From an uncultured Collinsella sp. (GTDB lineage: Bacteria > Actinomycetota > Coriobacteriia > Coriobacteriales > Coriobacteriaceae): DNA of 64,000 nt. The stretch is taken from the NCBI GenBank assembly GCA_900544135.1, contig UQTU01000001.1:47678-111677 (forward strand). The letters run 5' to 3'. Position 1 is the stretch's first letter, and each line of letters opens with the position of its first letter. The notes under the pieces were generated by a model. It was not told the origin of the DNA, did no database searches, and saw only the letters and a list, made by a program, of their open reading frames with translations. Of the stretch, positions 20,837 to 30,958 are shown piece by piece. Position numbers and translations under genes: made by a program.

Positions 20837-22818
20837 TTCTGGCTAAAGAACGGGAACTGCCTCGGATCCACCGGCGGATGCGGCATCGGCGTGCCCTGGG
20901 GTCCACCCTGCGGGCCACCCTGGCCGCCCATCATCTTATCGATGGCGTCCTGAACCTCGCCCTCGAACTTTTTCATTCCCTCGTGCAAACGACGTTGACC
21001 GTCCTCAGAGCGCAGCTCCTCCATCTGCTCGGGCGAAATACCCAGCAGCTCGCCCAGCACGCCCATCATCTCGTTTCGCATGCGCTCGCTCGTATCCTCG
21101 TCAGCAAAACGGCGCACCTCGGCGCGCGCCAGCGAATCGACCGTCATACGCTCCTTGCCGTTAAGCCCCAGGCCGGACCACGCGAGCATGTACGGCCAGG
21201 CGCGCTCGACAAACGAACGGGACGAAACGATCGACGCCGTCGGCAGCATGCGGCGGGCGGCCTCGCCCTGACGCACGAGCATCAGCAGCAGCGAGCAGGC
21301 CTCTGGCTTGCCAGCGGCCATCGGGATGTCGTCGAAAGATCGATTGCGGTCCACGTGCGCCTCGAGCGCGCCATCGACCTCACCCGGCTCAAGCCCGCCG
21401 AGCAGCTGTGCCGCGCGGTCGAGCATATCGACCGGACCGTCGAGCGTCGAGAGCGCCTGCGCCAGCACTCGCTCCATACAATCTTCCACCGCGTTGAGCG
21501 TCACGAGCTCTTGGGGCACCACGGCAGACGTGCGGTTGCGCACGCGCGCCACAAACTCAAGCGTCGACAGGTACACATCGCCAAAGGGCGCGTAATCACC
21601 CTGGTAGCCGCCGCAAAGCGCCGGCGCCGCCAGCGCGTACTCGGTTTTGGACAGCGGACTCAACGCCATCGCACCCAGCTCGAGCGCCGTGTCCTCCAGC
21701 ATGAGGCCCAGCGTGCGAGAGCGCAGGCGCTCGGCGTCGCCCGCCGACACATCGCGGTCGAGCACGCGCGCGGCATCCGGCGCATCGCGCTCAACCGTGC
21801 GAATATGCAGGCGCTCGGCAATGGCGCGAACGGCGGCACAGCGAGCAGCCTCGGCCTCCTCCTGCGCCGGCGTAAAGATGCGGTTGCGCCCCAGCACCAG
21901 GCCAATCACATTACGTGGGCCCAGAGCGTCGACGGCCAGCGCCGCCAGCAGGGACGACGGCAAGTCGCCCTCGAGTGCCACCACGGCGCGCGACGCACCG
22001 TGGGCCCGGGCGTTGTCGCGCACGGCGAGCACCAGCGCCTGCCACAGCCACTCCTCGGAACGGAACTCGGGCAGTTCGTGATCTTCCAGGGCATCGAGCA
22101 TCACGCCGCGCTGAATCTCCTGAACCAGCAGGCTCTCCTCAAAACACGGCGCTTGGGCCACCACGCGACCGCAGTCGTCGAGCACAAACGAACCGCCGGT
22201 ATACACCGACTCGTCATAGGCACCGACCGGCGCCATACAGGCAAACCACACGCTGCGCTTGGATGCGATCTTGCGGTAGGCGCCGCTGCGAACGGCGGCA
22301 ATGGCGGCAGTCTCGCGGTCGGTCATGTCAAACGCATTGAATTGGAAATACGCAATGAGGTCAACACCGGTCGGCAACATCTCGAGTTCGCGGTCCAAGT
22401 CAAAAAACACGGCGATGCGCACGCCGTCCACGTCGAACACCGGCGGCGCCCAACGCGTGTCGTTGTTCTCGCCACGCTGCAGGGCAATGCTCGAACGCGC
22501 CGGCACCACATGACCGTCCTTGAGCATCATGTAGTCGAGCAGCGGCTGACCCTCAAACGAAACCGCCGCGGGCACGATGCAGATCATGTCAAGCTCCTGG
22601 ATGCGCTCGGCGACACCAGTCAAGCCGGCAAGCATGTCGTGCTCAAAGTCGGCAGCGCCCACCAGGCCACCGGGCATGGCGCCCATAAAGAGCGGAGCCG
22701 GAACGCACAGCACGCGCGCCCCGCGCTCGTGGGCCAGACGAGCCTGGTCCTCGATGCGGCCGCAAATGCCCTCAATATCACCCAGGCGCATATCGATCTG
22801 TGCAAGCGCGAGCTTCAT
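20833..22818 (-). CDS. NAD+ synthetase-like protein (N-terminal CN-hydrolase-like domain plus NadE-like domain) with degenerate catalytic motifs and a Gly/Gln/Pro-rich tail
   Basis: The overall architecture is that of glutamine-dependent NadE. The nitrilase Glu-Lys-Cys triad positions are not conserved (VPAPLF, no Cys in FFDLDRE) and the ATP-pyrophosphatase SGGxDS loop reads EGDLPS. C-terminal tail GGQGGPQGGPQGTPMPHPP. Confidence 0.55.
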   Translation of the reverse strand: MKLALAQIDMRLGDIEGICGRIEDQARLAHERGARVLCVPAPLFMGAMPGGLVGAADFEHDMLAGLTGVAERIQELDMICIVPAAVSFEGQPLLDYMMLKDGHVVPARSSIALQRGENNDTRWAPPVFDVDGVRIAVFFDLDRELEMLPTGVDLIAYFQFNAFDMTDRETAAIAAVRSGAYRKIASKRSVWFACMAPVGAYDESVYTGGSFVLDDCGRVVAQAPCFEESLLVQEIQRGVMLDALEDHELPEFRSEEWLWQALVLAVRDNARAHGASRAVVALEGDLPSSLLAALAVDALGPRNVIGLVLGRNRIFTPAQEEAEAARCAAVRAIAERLHIRTVERDAPDAARVLDRDVSAGDAERLRSRTLGLMLEDTALELGAMALSPLSKTEYALAAPALCGGYQGDYAPFGDVYLSTLEFVARVRNRTSAVVPQELVTLNAVEDCMERVLAQALSTLDGPVDMLDRAAQLLGGLEPGEVDGALEAHVDRNRSFDDIPMAAGKPEACSLLLMLVRQGEAARRMLPTASIVSSRSFVERAWPYMLAWSGLGLNGKERMTVDSLARAEVRRFADEDTSERMRNEMMGVLGELLGISPEQMEELRSEDGQRRLHEGMKKFEGEVQDAIDKMMGGQGGPQGGPQGTPMPHPPVDPRQFPFFSQN

Positions 22819-22935
22819 GGCTCAGCCCTTTCCGTCGTAAACCATCGAAATCGTAGTAAAAGCGCCGGCCGCATGATGCAGTCGGCGCTCGCATGTGCAT
22901 ATGCTAGCTATGATACCCCGAGCGGGGGCGCGCTC

Positions 22936-23298
22936 CTAGAACGTCGCGGACCACAGCCCGTGCAGGTTGCAGTAGGCATAGACGGTACCGGTCTTGGAAC
23001 CGCCGGCAAAAAACGTCGCGGGCTTCATGCCGGGCTCAAGGTAATGGACCTCTAAGCGGCCCTCGGCCTCAAGGGCGATCCACTCAATATAGTGCTCGGG
23101 CAGGCTGGGGTGCTCGACCGAGCCAACGCGTGCGCGAATCACGTGACCGTCGCGCTCGGTCTCGACAACAGGCACGTGCTTCTCGTGCGCCGCGTCCTCA
23201 GTGTTTGCGGTCAGTTCCGTGCAACCGGCAGGGGTTGCAACGTCGTTGCCAAGGGCGGCAATGAGCTTACCGTCGGGGTCCTTAAAGAATTTCGCCAT
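22936..23298 (-). CDS. Superoxide reductase (desulfoferrodoxin/neelaredoxin-type, 1Fe class)
   Basis: Motifs EKHVPV and CNLHGLW. SD AAAGGAG sits upstream of the ATG at 23298. The tracked ORF start at 23439 is an upstream extension. Confidence 0.8.
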   Translation of the reverse strand: MAKFFKDPDGKLIAALGNDVATPAGCTELTANTEDAAHEKHVPVVETERDGHVIRARVGSVEHPSLPEHYIEWIALEAEGRLEVHYLEPGMKPATFFAGGSKTGTVYAYCNLHGLWSATF

Positions 23299-23448
23299 GA
23301 TGTTCTCCTTTGCTGACGTGCCAATGTTCTTGATGGTTCTTATGCCCAAAGGCAGACAAACCATCCACGGCATTGCAAATGAACACATAACGGGCGGGGA
23401 CGATGGGGCAGCGTGCGCTATCCGCCCTGGCGGCCCCACCCGAGCGGG

Positions 23449-26400
23449 TTAGCGCCCGTCGCCGCCCAGCAGCGCCAGAACATCTTCGCGGGTAAACAGC
23501 GCCGACGAGATGCCGTCGCCGCCGAGCACGCTGTTGACCAGGTCGCGCTTGGACTCCTGCATCTGCATAATGCGCTCCTCGATCGTGTCCTTGGCGATGA
23601 GCTTGTACACGGTCACGGTATGTTGCTGGCCAATACGGTGCGCGCGGTCGGTCGCCTGGTCCTGCGCCGCCACGTTCCACCACGGGTCGTAGTGGATGAC
23701 CACGTCGGCAGCCGTCAAATTAAGGCCCACGCCGCCCGCCTTGAGCGAAATCAAGAACACCGGCACCTCGCCCGCCTGGAACTGCGCAACCATCTTGGCG
23801 CGACTCTCCTTAGACGATGCGCCCGTAAGCTTAAGAAAGGCGATATCCTCCTTGACCAGGCGCTTGCCAATGATATCGAGCATGCCCGTAAACTGGCTGA
23901 ACAGCAAGATGCGGTGACCGCCGTCAAGCGCGCCGTGAACGAGCTCCATGCACGTATCGAGCTTGGCGCTTCCCGCCTTGTAGTCCGCATAGTGCAGATG
24001 CGGGTCGCAGCAGATCTGACGCAGCTTGGTGAGCTCGGCAAGTACCTTGAGCTTGTCTTTCTTAAACTCCCCGGCCTCGCGGTGCTGCACTTGCTGGGCA
24101 ATGCGGTCCTGGTTGGCCAGGTAGAGCTTGCGCTGCTCGCCGGTAAGCTGCGCCATCACCGTATCCTCGATCTTCTCGGGCAGATCGGCCACCACCTCTT
24201 CCTTGACGCGACGCAGCACAAACGGCGATACGAGCGCCTGCAGACGAGCGGCACTATCGCCCTCAGCATGCTCGACGGGACTTTCAAAGCGCTTGGCAAA
24301 TGAGTCGCGCGTGCCCAGAAGGCCCGGCATCAAAAAGTCGAAGATGCTCCAGAGCTCGGACAGGCGGTTTTCGATGGGCGTGCCCGTCAGGGCAAAGCGC
24401 ACGCCGGCCGGCAGGCGCTTGGCGGCGCGGGCCACCTGGGTGAGCGGGTTTTTAATGTACTGGGCCTCGTCGAGTACCACGCGGGTAAAGTCCTGCTCGA
24501 CGTATTCGTCGATGTCGCGGCGCATGAGGTCATACGACGTCACGACCACGTTGTGCTCGGCTGCGCCGGCAATTTGCACGCGACGCTGGGCTTTGGCGCC
24601 CACGATGGCGCACACATCAAGCGAGGGGGCAAAGCGCTCTAGCTCGGCGGTCCAGTTGTACACAAGCGACGCGGGGCACACTACGAGCGTGGGCTTGGTA
24701 TCCCCCGCTTCCACGCGCGCCAGAATGTGCGCGATCATCTGCAGTGTTTTGCCCAGGCCCATATCGTCGGCCAAGATGCCGCCAAGGCCCAGATGCTCAA
24801 GCGAGCCGAGCCACTGGTAGCCGTCGACCTGGTAGCCACGCAGCGTAGCCTTGAGCGAGGCGGGCACCGTAAAGTCCATCTTGCCGAGCGTGTCCAGACG
24901 CTCGACGGTGCGGCGGAACGCGGCGTCGCGATCGGCCTCGAGCGCCGGCGTGCGCGCGAGCATGCTGTCGACAAAAAGGGTGCTCGAGGCGGGAAGCGAC
25001 ACGCCGTCGAGCAGGTCGACGGCATCGACGCCCAGGTCCTCGGCAAGACCAAACGCGGCACGAGCGCCCTCGTCCAGGCGAACGATGTCGCCGGATGTAA
25101 GGCGAGCGAACGTCTGGTGGCGCTTGTAGGAATCGAGGTAGATGGCAAGGTCGGCCGCTGAAAGCCCGCTCGCACCCAGCTCGACGTCGAGCAAGTTGCT
25201 CTTGACGGTCGCACGCACCGAAAGCTTGGGCGCAGGACGGACCGAGATCTGGCGCAGGCGGTCGCTGAGCATGACCTCGCCCAGCTCGGACAGGGCAGAC
25301 AGGCCCTCGGTCAGCAAGTGGAACAGGCGGGCGTCGTCGCGCTCCTCAAACGCCAGGCCGCCCTCGTAGAAATCGAAGTACAGGGCCGCCGTGTCCATAA
25401 CGCGAAACTCCGCCACCGTATCGCGGGGCGGAACGCCGGGGCGTTGCTCTTCGAAAGGACTGCCCGGAGCACCAAGACTAAAGAGATCTGCCGACCAATC
25501 GCCGTAGGTCACCGTAATCTTGCAGGTCACAAGACCATCGTCGACGCCAATCGCCATGGCAAAGCTCGGCTCGGGCGCCACAGCTTCGAGCGCGTCGGGC
25601 GCGGTGAGGTCGGTGTAGTCGCGCAAAATGGGCAGTGCCATACGACAGAACTCCCCCACCTGGTCGGCAGCGATATGGACTGGCGTGCGACAGGGCAGCA
25701 AGTGCGATAGGAACGGCGCCGCATGCTGGGCAAACGCTACATCGGTGCGGCGCGCACGGCGGGTGTCGACCAGATAAGCTACGTCGCCCGAAGCAAAGCA
25801 GTATGCATCGGCCGGCAGGCGCAGATCGTAGCTGCCACCAGCCGCCGGCGCGATTTTGGCGGCAAGAAGCGGCGGTTGTTTTGCTGAGGCCTCGTCCTCC
25901 CCTTCCGAAGGCATCTCAACCGCCACGCCATAGGTGCGATGCGTCGTCATCCCCCGCGACCAGGCGGGCTCAAAGGAGATGGTCTGGCCACGCAGCAGGT
26001 CCAGCACATATACGATGCTATGCTCGGACAGCGGCAACTGACGCTCGGCGACAAAGCCGCTGCGGGCAAAGTCATACGATGCCGAGCGCGAGCTCGTAAT
26101 ATCGCCTAGGTAGGCGACCGTCATTGCGATAAAGTCGAGCAGCTTTGTCGACACGTCATCGAAAGCTTCGGGCACATGGGCAAACGTAAGCTTCTTGCCA
26201 TAGGAGAACGTACCGCCGCGCACATAGGCATCGACCATGCCGTCGATATCCTTAACCACGTAGGACACCGAACCGCAGCGAATGCGAAACTCGAGCGCCC
26301 AGTTAAAGCGATCGGCAAACAGCGGATTGTAGTACGGCACCAGCGAGGGCTCCAGCACCGCTTTGGGCGCATCGGGGTCAATGGTGCCGGCGAGCTTGCG

Positions 26401-26922
26401 ACGCATGGCCACGAGCTCGTCCATGCGCGCGTCCGAAAGATCGGAAAGCGCCGCCACAAGGCTCGGGCTCGTGGGGACGGGTGCCGGGAAGGGAAAGATG
26501 GGGTTGACCGCAGATGCGGTGGGCGCGGGGCGTGTGGGCTGCTTGGATTGTGCGGGCTCCGCCGTAAACGTACGAACCGGCGTGCACAGCCCCTCAACAG
26601 GCTCAATGCCGCTTGCGTCCAGGTACGCCAACGCCGTGGCGATGGCATGCTTGCACATGCCGGGGTAGCGATAGGCGGCGGGGCAATCGCAGTCGTAGTC
26701 GATCACCTCGTGCTCGTCCATGTCGAGTTCCACATGCGTCTTGTACAGGTCGCCGCGCGAGCCACGCACCGAGCCCTCGATGTTCACGTTTTTGGAGAAG
26801 CGCGAGCCGGAGTCCTCAAACGACAGCACGGCGCCGTTGAGCATGAGCGAGCGCCCCTTCATAAAGGTACTGCTGAGCGCCGCCTCCTTACGAAGCGCCT
26901 GCGCAAACGTCCCCTGCGCCAT
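23449..26922 (-). CDS. SNF2-family DEAD/DEAH-box helicase with an N-terminal SWIM zinc finger
   Basis: SWIM motif (DYDCDCPAAYRYPGMCKHAIA). SNF2 ATPase motifs (LRGYQVDGYQWL, DDMGLGKTLQ, DEAQYIKN, helicase C domain). Start probably the ATG at 26922 with SD GGAGGA. Confidence 0.85.
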   Translation of the reverse strand: MAQGTFAQALRKEAALSSTFMKGRSLMLNGAVLSFEDSGSRFSKNVNIEGSVRGSRGDLYKTHVELDMDEHEVIDYDCDCPAAYRYPGMCKHAIATALAYLDASGIEPVEGLCTPVRTFTAEPAQSKQPTRPAPTASAVNPIFPFPAPVPTSPSLVAALSDLSDARMDELVAMRRKLAGTIDPDAPKAVLEPSLVPYYNPLFADRFNWALEFRIRCGSVSYVVKDIDGMVDAYVRGGTFSYGKKLTFAHVPEAFDDVSTKLLDFIAMTVAYLGDITSSRSASYDFARSGFVAERQLPLSEHSIVYVLDLLRGQTISFEPAWSRGMTTHRTYGVAVEMPSEGEDEASAKQPPLLAAKIAPAAGGSYDLRLPADAYCFASGDVAYLVDTRRARRTDVAFAQHAAPFLSHLLPCRTPVHIAADQVGEFCRMALPILRDYTDLTAPDALEAVAPEPSFAMAIGVDDGLVTCKITVTYGDWSADLFSLGAPGSPFEEQRPGVPPRDTVAEFRVMDTAALYFDFYEGGLAFEERDDARLFHLLTEGLSALSELGEVMLSDRLRQISVRPAPKLSVRATVKSNLLDVELGASGLSAADLAIYLDSYKRHQTFARLTSGDIVRLDEGARAAFGLAEDLGVDAVDLLDGVSLPASSTLFVDSMLARTPALEADRDAAFRRTVERLDTLGKMDFTVPASLKATLRGYQVDGYQWLGSLEHLGLGGILADDMGLGKTLQMIAHILARVEAGDTKPTLVVCPASLVYNWTAELERFAPSLDVCAIVGAKAQRRVQIAGAAEHNVVVTSYDLMRRDIDEYVEQDFTRVVLDEAQYIKNPLTQVARAAKRLPAGVRFALTGTPIENRLSELWSIFDFLMPGLLGTRDSFAKRFESPVEHAEGDSAARLQALVSPFVLRRVKEEVVADLPEKIEDTVMAQLTGEQRKLYLANQDRIAQQVQHREAGEFKKDKLKVLAELTKLRQICCDPHLHYADYKAGSAKLDTCMELVHGALDGGHRILLFSQFTGMLDIIGKRLVKEDIAFLKLTGASSKESRAKMVAQFQAGEVPVFLISLKAGGVGLNLTAADVVIHYDPWWNVAAQDQATDRAHRIGQQHTVTVYKLIAKDTIEERIMQMQESKRDLVNSVLGGDGISSALFTREDVLALLGGDGR

Positions 26923-26946
26923 CACTTCCTCCAATCCACCCACCGG

Positions 26947-27056
26947 ATGATTTTTCTGGGACGGGGATTAAAAAATCATTCCCGTCCCAGAAAGACTGGT
27001 CTTCCGCCACACGTCACCCAAAATGATTTTTTAATCCCCGTCCCAGAAAAATCATT
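26947..27056. repeat. Intergenic block of interlocking inverted repeats between dnaE and the SNF2 gene
   Basis: tctgggacgggg (26955-26966) pairs with cccgtcccaga at 26981-26991 or, alternatively, at 27037-27048. AT-rich arms aaaatgattttt/aaaaatcatttt flank them. Confidence 0.4.
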
Positions 27057-30000
27057 TTAGATAACCGTCACGCGACCTTGGTTGCCCACGATGGCCTTTG
27101 CCTCTGCCAACAGCGGAATCGAGCGTGCGTTGACCTTGGCCGGTACCTCGGCACGCAGTACGCGCCCGTCCACCTGCTCGATAAAGATCTCCACGCGGTC
27201 GCCACCCGGGTTGGCGGTAAGCACCGTGGCAAGACGCGCCATATTGCCCTGGCTAAAGCGGCTGTTGGGCACCATGACCTCAAACACCTTGGGCTTGTTG
27301 TTCTCCTCGCTAAGCTCCAGCGGCACAATCTCCTGCGCGATGATCTGGTCGCCGCGGTCCGAGCGCTCGAGCTTGCCCTTAATGCGCACAAACGCGTCGG
27401 ACAGCTGCGCGCCGGTCTCGGGATCGACCTCGCCGTACAGGTACCCCTCGGCCTCCTTGTAGGTCTTGGGGAACACCACGACCGTGGCCTCGCCTTCCAT
27501 GTCCTCGAGCTGCACGATGCCCATGGGGTCGCCGTTTTTGGTCACGCGCTTGGACACGCTCGAGACCATGCCGGCCCACCACAGCGCCTTGCCCTCGGGA
27601 ATCTCCTGGTTGATGGTGCCGCCCGTAGGATTCTGAACTTCGTAGCCGGTGTCGATCTGCGAGAACGAGAAGTCGCGCGCTTTGCTAAGTGCATACTCAA
27701 ACGGGCGCAGCGGGTGGTCCGAGACATAGATGCCCAGAACTTCCTTCTCCTGGCTCAGCTTAAGGTGGCGGTCCCACTCCTGGCCATCCGGATCGGGCAC
27801 GCTCACCTCAAAGCCCGAGCCCTCAACGTCGCCAAACATATCGAAGAACGACGTCTGGCCGCTCGCGCGATCTTTCTGGCGCTTTACCGCGGCATCGATG
27901 ATGTTCTCGGGGTTGTTCTTGTCCACAAAGTGCATCATCTGGCGACGCGGATACCCCGTGGAGTCGAAGGCGCCTGCCTTGATCAGCGATTCGATCACGC
28001 GGCGGTTGGCCTGGCTCGAGTCCACGCGCTCGACAAAGTCGTGCAGCGTCTTAAACGGACCGCCCGCCTCGCGCTCGGCGATAATCGCCTGCGCCACGCC
28101 AGTGCCCACGCCGCGGATGCCGGCCAGACCAAAGCGCACGCCCTCCTTGGTAGCCGTGAACTCGGTACCGGACTCGTTGACATCTGGCGAAAGCACGGGG
28201 ATGCCGTCGTGACGGCATGCCGAGACGTAGTGCACGATCTTATCGGTCTTGCCCGTATAGGACGTCAGAACGGCCGCCATGTACTCGTGCGGATAGTGCG
28301 CCTTGAGCCATGCCGTCTGCATAACCAGAATGGCGTAGCCGGCGGAGTGCGACTTGTTGAAGGCGTAGGACGCGAACTCGAGAACATCGTCCCAAATCTT
28401 CTGGGCGACCTCGCGCGTGTAGTTGTTCTTGATAGCGCCATTCATCCAGTGGTCGTAAGTGGTCTCGTCCGAGCCATCCTCCCAGTGGAGCACCGTCGAC
28501 GTGAGCAGCTTAATCTTTTTCTTAGCCACGGGCTTACGGATACGCGAGTCCGATTCGCCCTTGGAGAAGCCGCACATCTCGACGGAGATGAGCATAACCT
28601 GCTCCTGGTAGACCATGGTGCCGTAGGTTTCGCCCAGGATGTCGTCCAGACGGTCATCGTAGGAGACGGCCGGCTCCTTGCCGTTCATACGGTTGATGTA
28701 GGACGAAACCATGCCGGCGCCCAACGGGCCCGGGCGGTACAGAGCGATCAATGCCACGACGTGCTTGTACTCGGTGGGCTTCATGTTCTTGATCGTGGCC
28801 GTCATGCCGGCGGACTCGACCTGGAAGACGCCGGCGGTGTGACCGGAGCCCATGAGCTTAAAGATCTCGGGATCGTCAAAGGGAATCTCTTCCTCTTTGA
28901 TGTCGATGCCGAAGTTCTTCTTGATGTTTGCCTTGGCCTTGGAGATAACCGTCAGCGTGCGCAGGCCCAGGAAGTCCATCTTGAGCAGGCCCATGTCGGC
29001 GACGGTATGGCCCTCGTACTGGGTAATCTCGACGCCGCCCTTGGTGTCGAGCTTGGTGGGCACGTGCTCGTTGACGGGGTCGCGGCAGATCAGAACGGCG
29101 CACGCGTGCACACCCTCGCCACGGGTGAGACCCTCGATCGAGAGCGCCGTGTCGATGATGCGGCGGGCGTCGTCGTCCTTTTTATAGGCCTCGGCAAAGT
29201 CGGGGTTAAACAGATCCTCTTTGCCGGGTTGCTTTTCGAGCACCTGCTTGAGCTTGACCTTGGGGTCGCTCGAGACCATCTTGGACAGGCGCTGGCCCAT
29301 GTAGACCGGATAGTCCAGCACGCGCGCGGCGTCGTTGATGGCCTGCTTGGCCTTAATGGTCGAGTAGGTGATGACGTGGGTGACCTTCTCGGGGCCGTAG
29401 AGCTGGCGAACGTGCTCCACGACCTCGAGGCGCCGCTCATCGTCGAAGTCCATATCGATATCGGGCATCTCGGTGCGCTGCGGGGACAGGAACCTCTCGA
29501 ACATCAGGCCGTTCTCGAGCGGGTCGAACGCGGTGATGTTCATGGCGTAGGCGACGATAGCGCCGGCGGCCGAGCCACGGCCGGGGCCGACGCCGATGCC
29601 GTTGTCCTTGGCCCATTGCACGTACTCGGCAACGATCAAAAAGTAGGCGGCAAAGCCCTTGTCGCAGATGACCTTGTATTCGTACTCAAAGCGCTCTTTG
29701 ATGTTGACGCCACCGATCTCGCGCGTGGCCCAATCGTCGCCATAGTGCTGGCGCAGGCCCTTCTCGCACTCGCGGCGGAACTGGCTCTCGTGCGTCTCGC
29801 CGGGATCGAGCAGAGGGAAGCGCGGCAGGATGATGGAGTCCCAGTCCAGCTCAACGTAGCACTTGTCGGCGATCTCGAGCGTGTTGTCGCAGGCCTCGGG
29901 GCAATACGGGAACATCGCCCGCATCTCCTCCTCGGTCTTCATGTAAAACTCCGAGCCGGTCATGCGCATGCGGTTGGGGTCGTCGACCTTGGCGTTCATG

Positions 30001-30860
30001 CCGATGCACATGATGACGTCCTGCACGGGCGCGTCCTCGCGGCGCAGGTAGTGGAAGTCGTTGGTGGCGATGACCTTGACGCCCACCTGCTTGGCGATGT
30101 CGATGAGCGTGCGGTCCATCTGCTCGTCGGTCAGGCCGTTGTCGGTGGTGATGCCGTGTTCCTGGATCTCGATATAAAAGTCGCCGGGATCGAAGGTGTC
30201 GCGGAAGGTCTCAGCCCACTTGATGGCGCCCTCCATGTCACCGCGGTCGATGTATTTGGGGATGATGCCCGCGATGCAGGCGCTCGTGCAGATCATGCCC
30301 TTGGCATGGCGGCGCAGGTTGTCGAGCGTCACACGGGGCTTGTAGTAAAAGCCCTGCACGGCGGCCTCGGAGACCGTCTGCATCAGGTTGACGTAGCCTT
30401 CCTGGTCTTTGGCCAGGAGGATCATATGATAGAGCTCGGGCTTGTGGTCGCGGGCAAGGGTCTCGTCCGGCGTAAAGTAGACCTCGCAGCCGAAGATGGG
30501 CTTGATGACCAGGGGCGGCTTGAGCTCGTCGATGTTGCCCTTCTCGTCCCACATGGCCATGTCCTTCACATACTGGGCATGCTCGCGCGGGTTTTCCTCG
30601 GGATCGGGCTCCACCAGCTCGTCGCGGCGGTCCTTTTCCAAGAAGGCCTTGTCGTGGCTCCAGGTTTTGTACTCGGGCGTGTTGTGATTGACGGCGTCGC
30701 AGGCCAGCGCCAGGTCGGGTACGCCGTACATGTAACCGTGATCGGTAATGGCCACGGCGGGCATGCCAAGCTCAACGGCACGGTTGACCATATCCTGGAT
30801 ACGGGTTGCGCCGTCGAGCATGGAGAAAACAGTGTGATTGTGCAGATGGACGAATGCCAT
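27057..30860 (-). CDS. dnaE: DNA polymerase III alpha subunit
   Basis: PHP domain (MAFVHLHNHTVFSMLDG), polymerase core, OB and C-terminal domains; 1267 aa. Confidence 0.95.
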   Translation of the reverse strand: MAFVHLHNHTVFSMLDGATRIQDMVNRAVELGMPAVAITDHGYMYGVPDLALACDAVNHNTPEYKTWSHDKAFLEKDRRDELVEPDPEENPREHAQYVKDMAMWDEKGNIDELKPPLVIKPIFGCEVYFTPDETLARDHKPELYHMILLAKDQEGYVNLMQTVSEAAVQGFYYKPRVTLDNLRRHAKGMICTSACIAGIIPKYIDRGDMEGAIKWAETFRDTFDPGDFYIEIQEHGITTDNGLTDEQMDRTLIDIAKQVGVKVIATNDFHYLRREDAPVQDVIMCIGMNAKVDDPNRMRMTGSEFYMKTEEEMRAMFPYCPEACDNTLEIADKCYVELDWDSIILPRFPLLDPGETHESQFRRECEKGLRQHYGDDWATREIGGVNIKERFEYEYKVICDKGFAAYFLIVAEYVQWAKDNGIGVGPGRGSAAGAIVAYAMNITAFDPLENGLMFERFLSPQRTEMPDIDMDFDDERRLEVVEHVRQLYGPEKVTHVITYSTIKAKQAINDAARVLDYPVYMGQRLSKMVSSDPKVKLKQVLEKQPGKEDLFNPDFAEAYKKDDDARRIIDTALSIEGLTRGEGVHACAVLICRDPVNEHVPTKLDTKGGVEITQYEGHTVADMGLLKMDFLGLRTLTVISKAKANIKKNFGIDIKEEEIPFDDPEIFKLMGSGHTAGVFQVESAGMTATIKNMKPTEYKHVVALIALYRPGPLGAGMVSSYINRMNGKEPAVSYDDRLDDILGETYGTMVYQEQVMLISVEMCGFSKGESDSRIRKPVAKKKIKLLTSTVLHWEDGSDETTYDHWMNGAIKNNYTREVAQKIWDDVLEFASYAFNKSHSAGYAILVMQTAWLKAHYPHEYMAAVLTSYTGKTDKIVHYVSACRHDGIPVLSPDVNESGTEFTATKEGVRFGLAGIRGVGTGVAQAIIAEREAGGPFKTLHDFVERVDSSQANRRVIESLIKAGAFDSTGYPRRQMMHFVDKNNPENIIDAAVKRQKDRASGQTSFFDMFGDVEGSGFEVSVPDPDGQEWDRHLKLSQEKEVLGIYVSDHPLRPFEYALSKARDFSFSQIDTGYEVQNPTGGTINQEIPEGKALWWAGMVSSVSKRVTKNGDPMGIVQLEDMEGEATVVVFPKTYKEAEGYLYGEVDPETGAQLSDAFVRIKGKLERSDRGDQIIAQEIVPLELSEENNKPKVFEVMVPNSRFSQGNMARLATVLTANPGGDRVEIFIEQVDGRVLRAEVPAKVNARSIPLLAEAKAIVGNQGRVTVI

Positions 30861-30958
30861 ATGATGAGCTCCGATGCGGGTTCGTGTTCTGACTGAACGA
30901 TTTTACCCCACGGCATGGACAGCACCCGAACCTAGCCAAACCCACACGGCTCCTCTTG

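Noticed and set aside
20878-23055. 725-aa plus-strand ORF, and similar giant plus-strand ORFs at 17115..18263, 27078..30896, 32309..33916, 34265..37912, 43717..44796, 45167..46195, 47275..48951 (minus), 52131..54824 and 57909..60251
   Set aside because: Each lies antisense to a well-supported gene with strong family motifs (NadE-like, fhs, dnaE, addA, addB, M42 peptidase, Fe-ADH, YgiQ, PTS/GH4, DEAD-box helicase). Their translations are low-complexity Arg/Ala/Gly/His-rich with no motifs. These are high-GC shadow ORFs.
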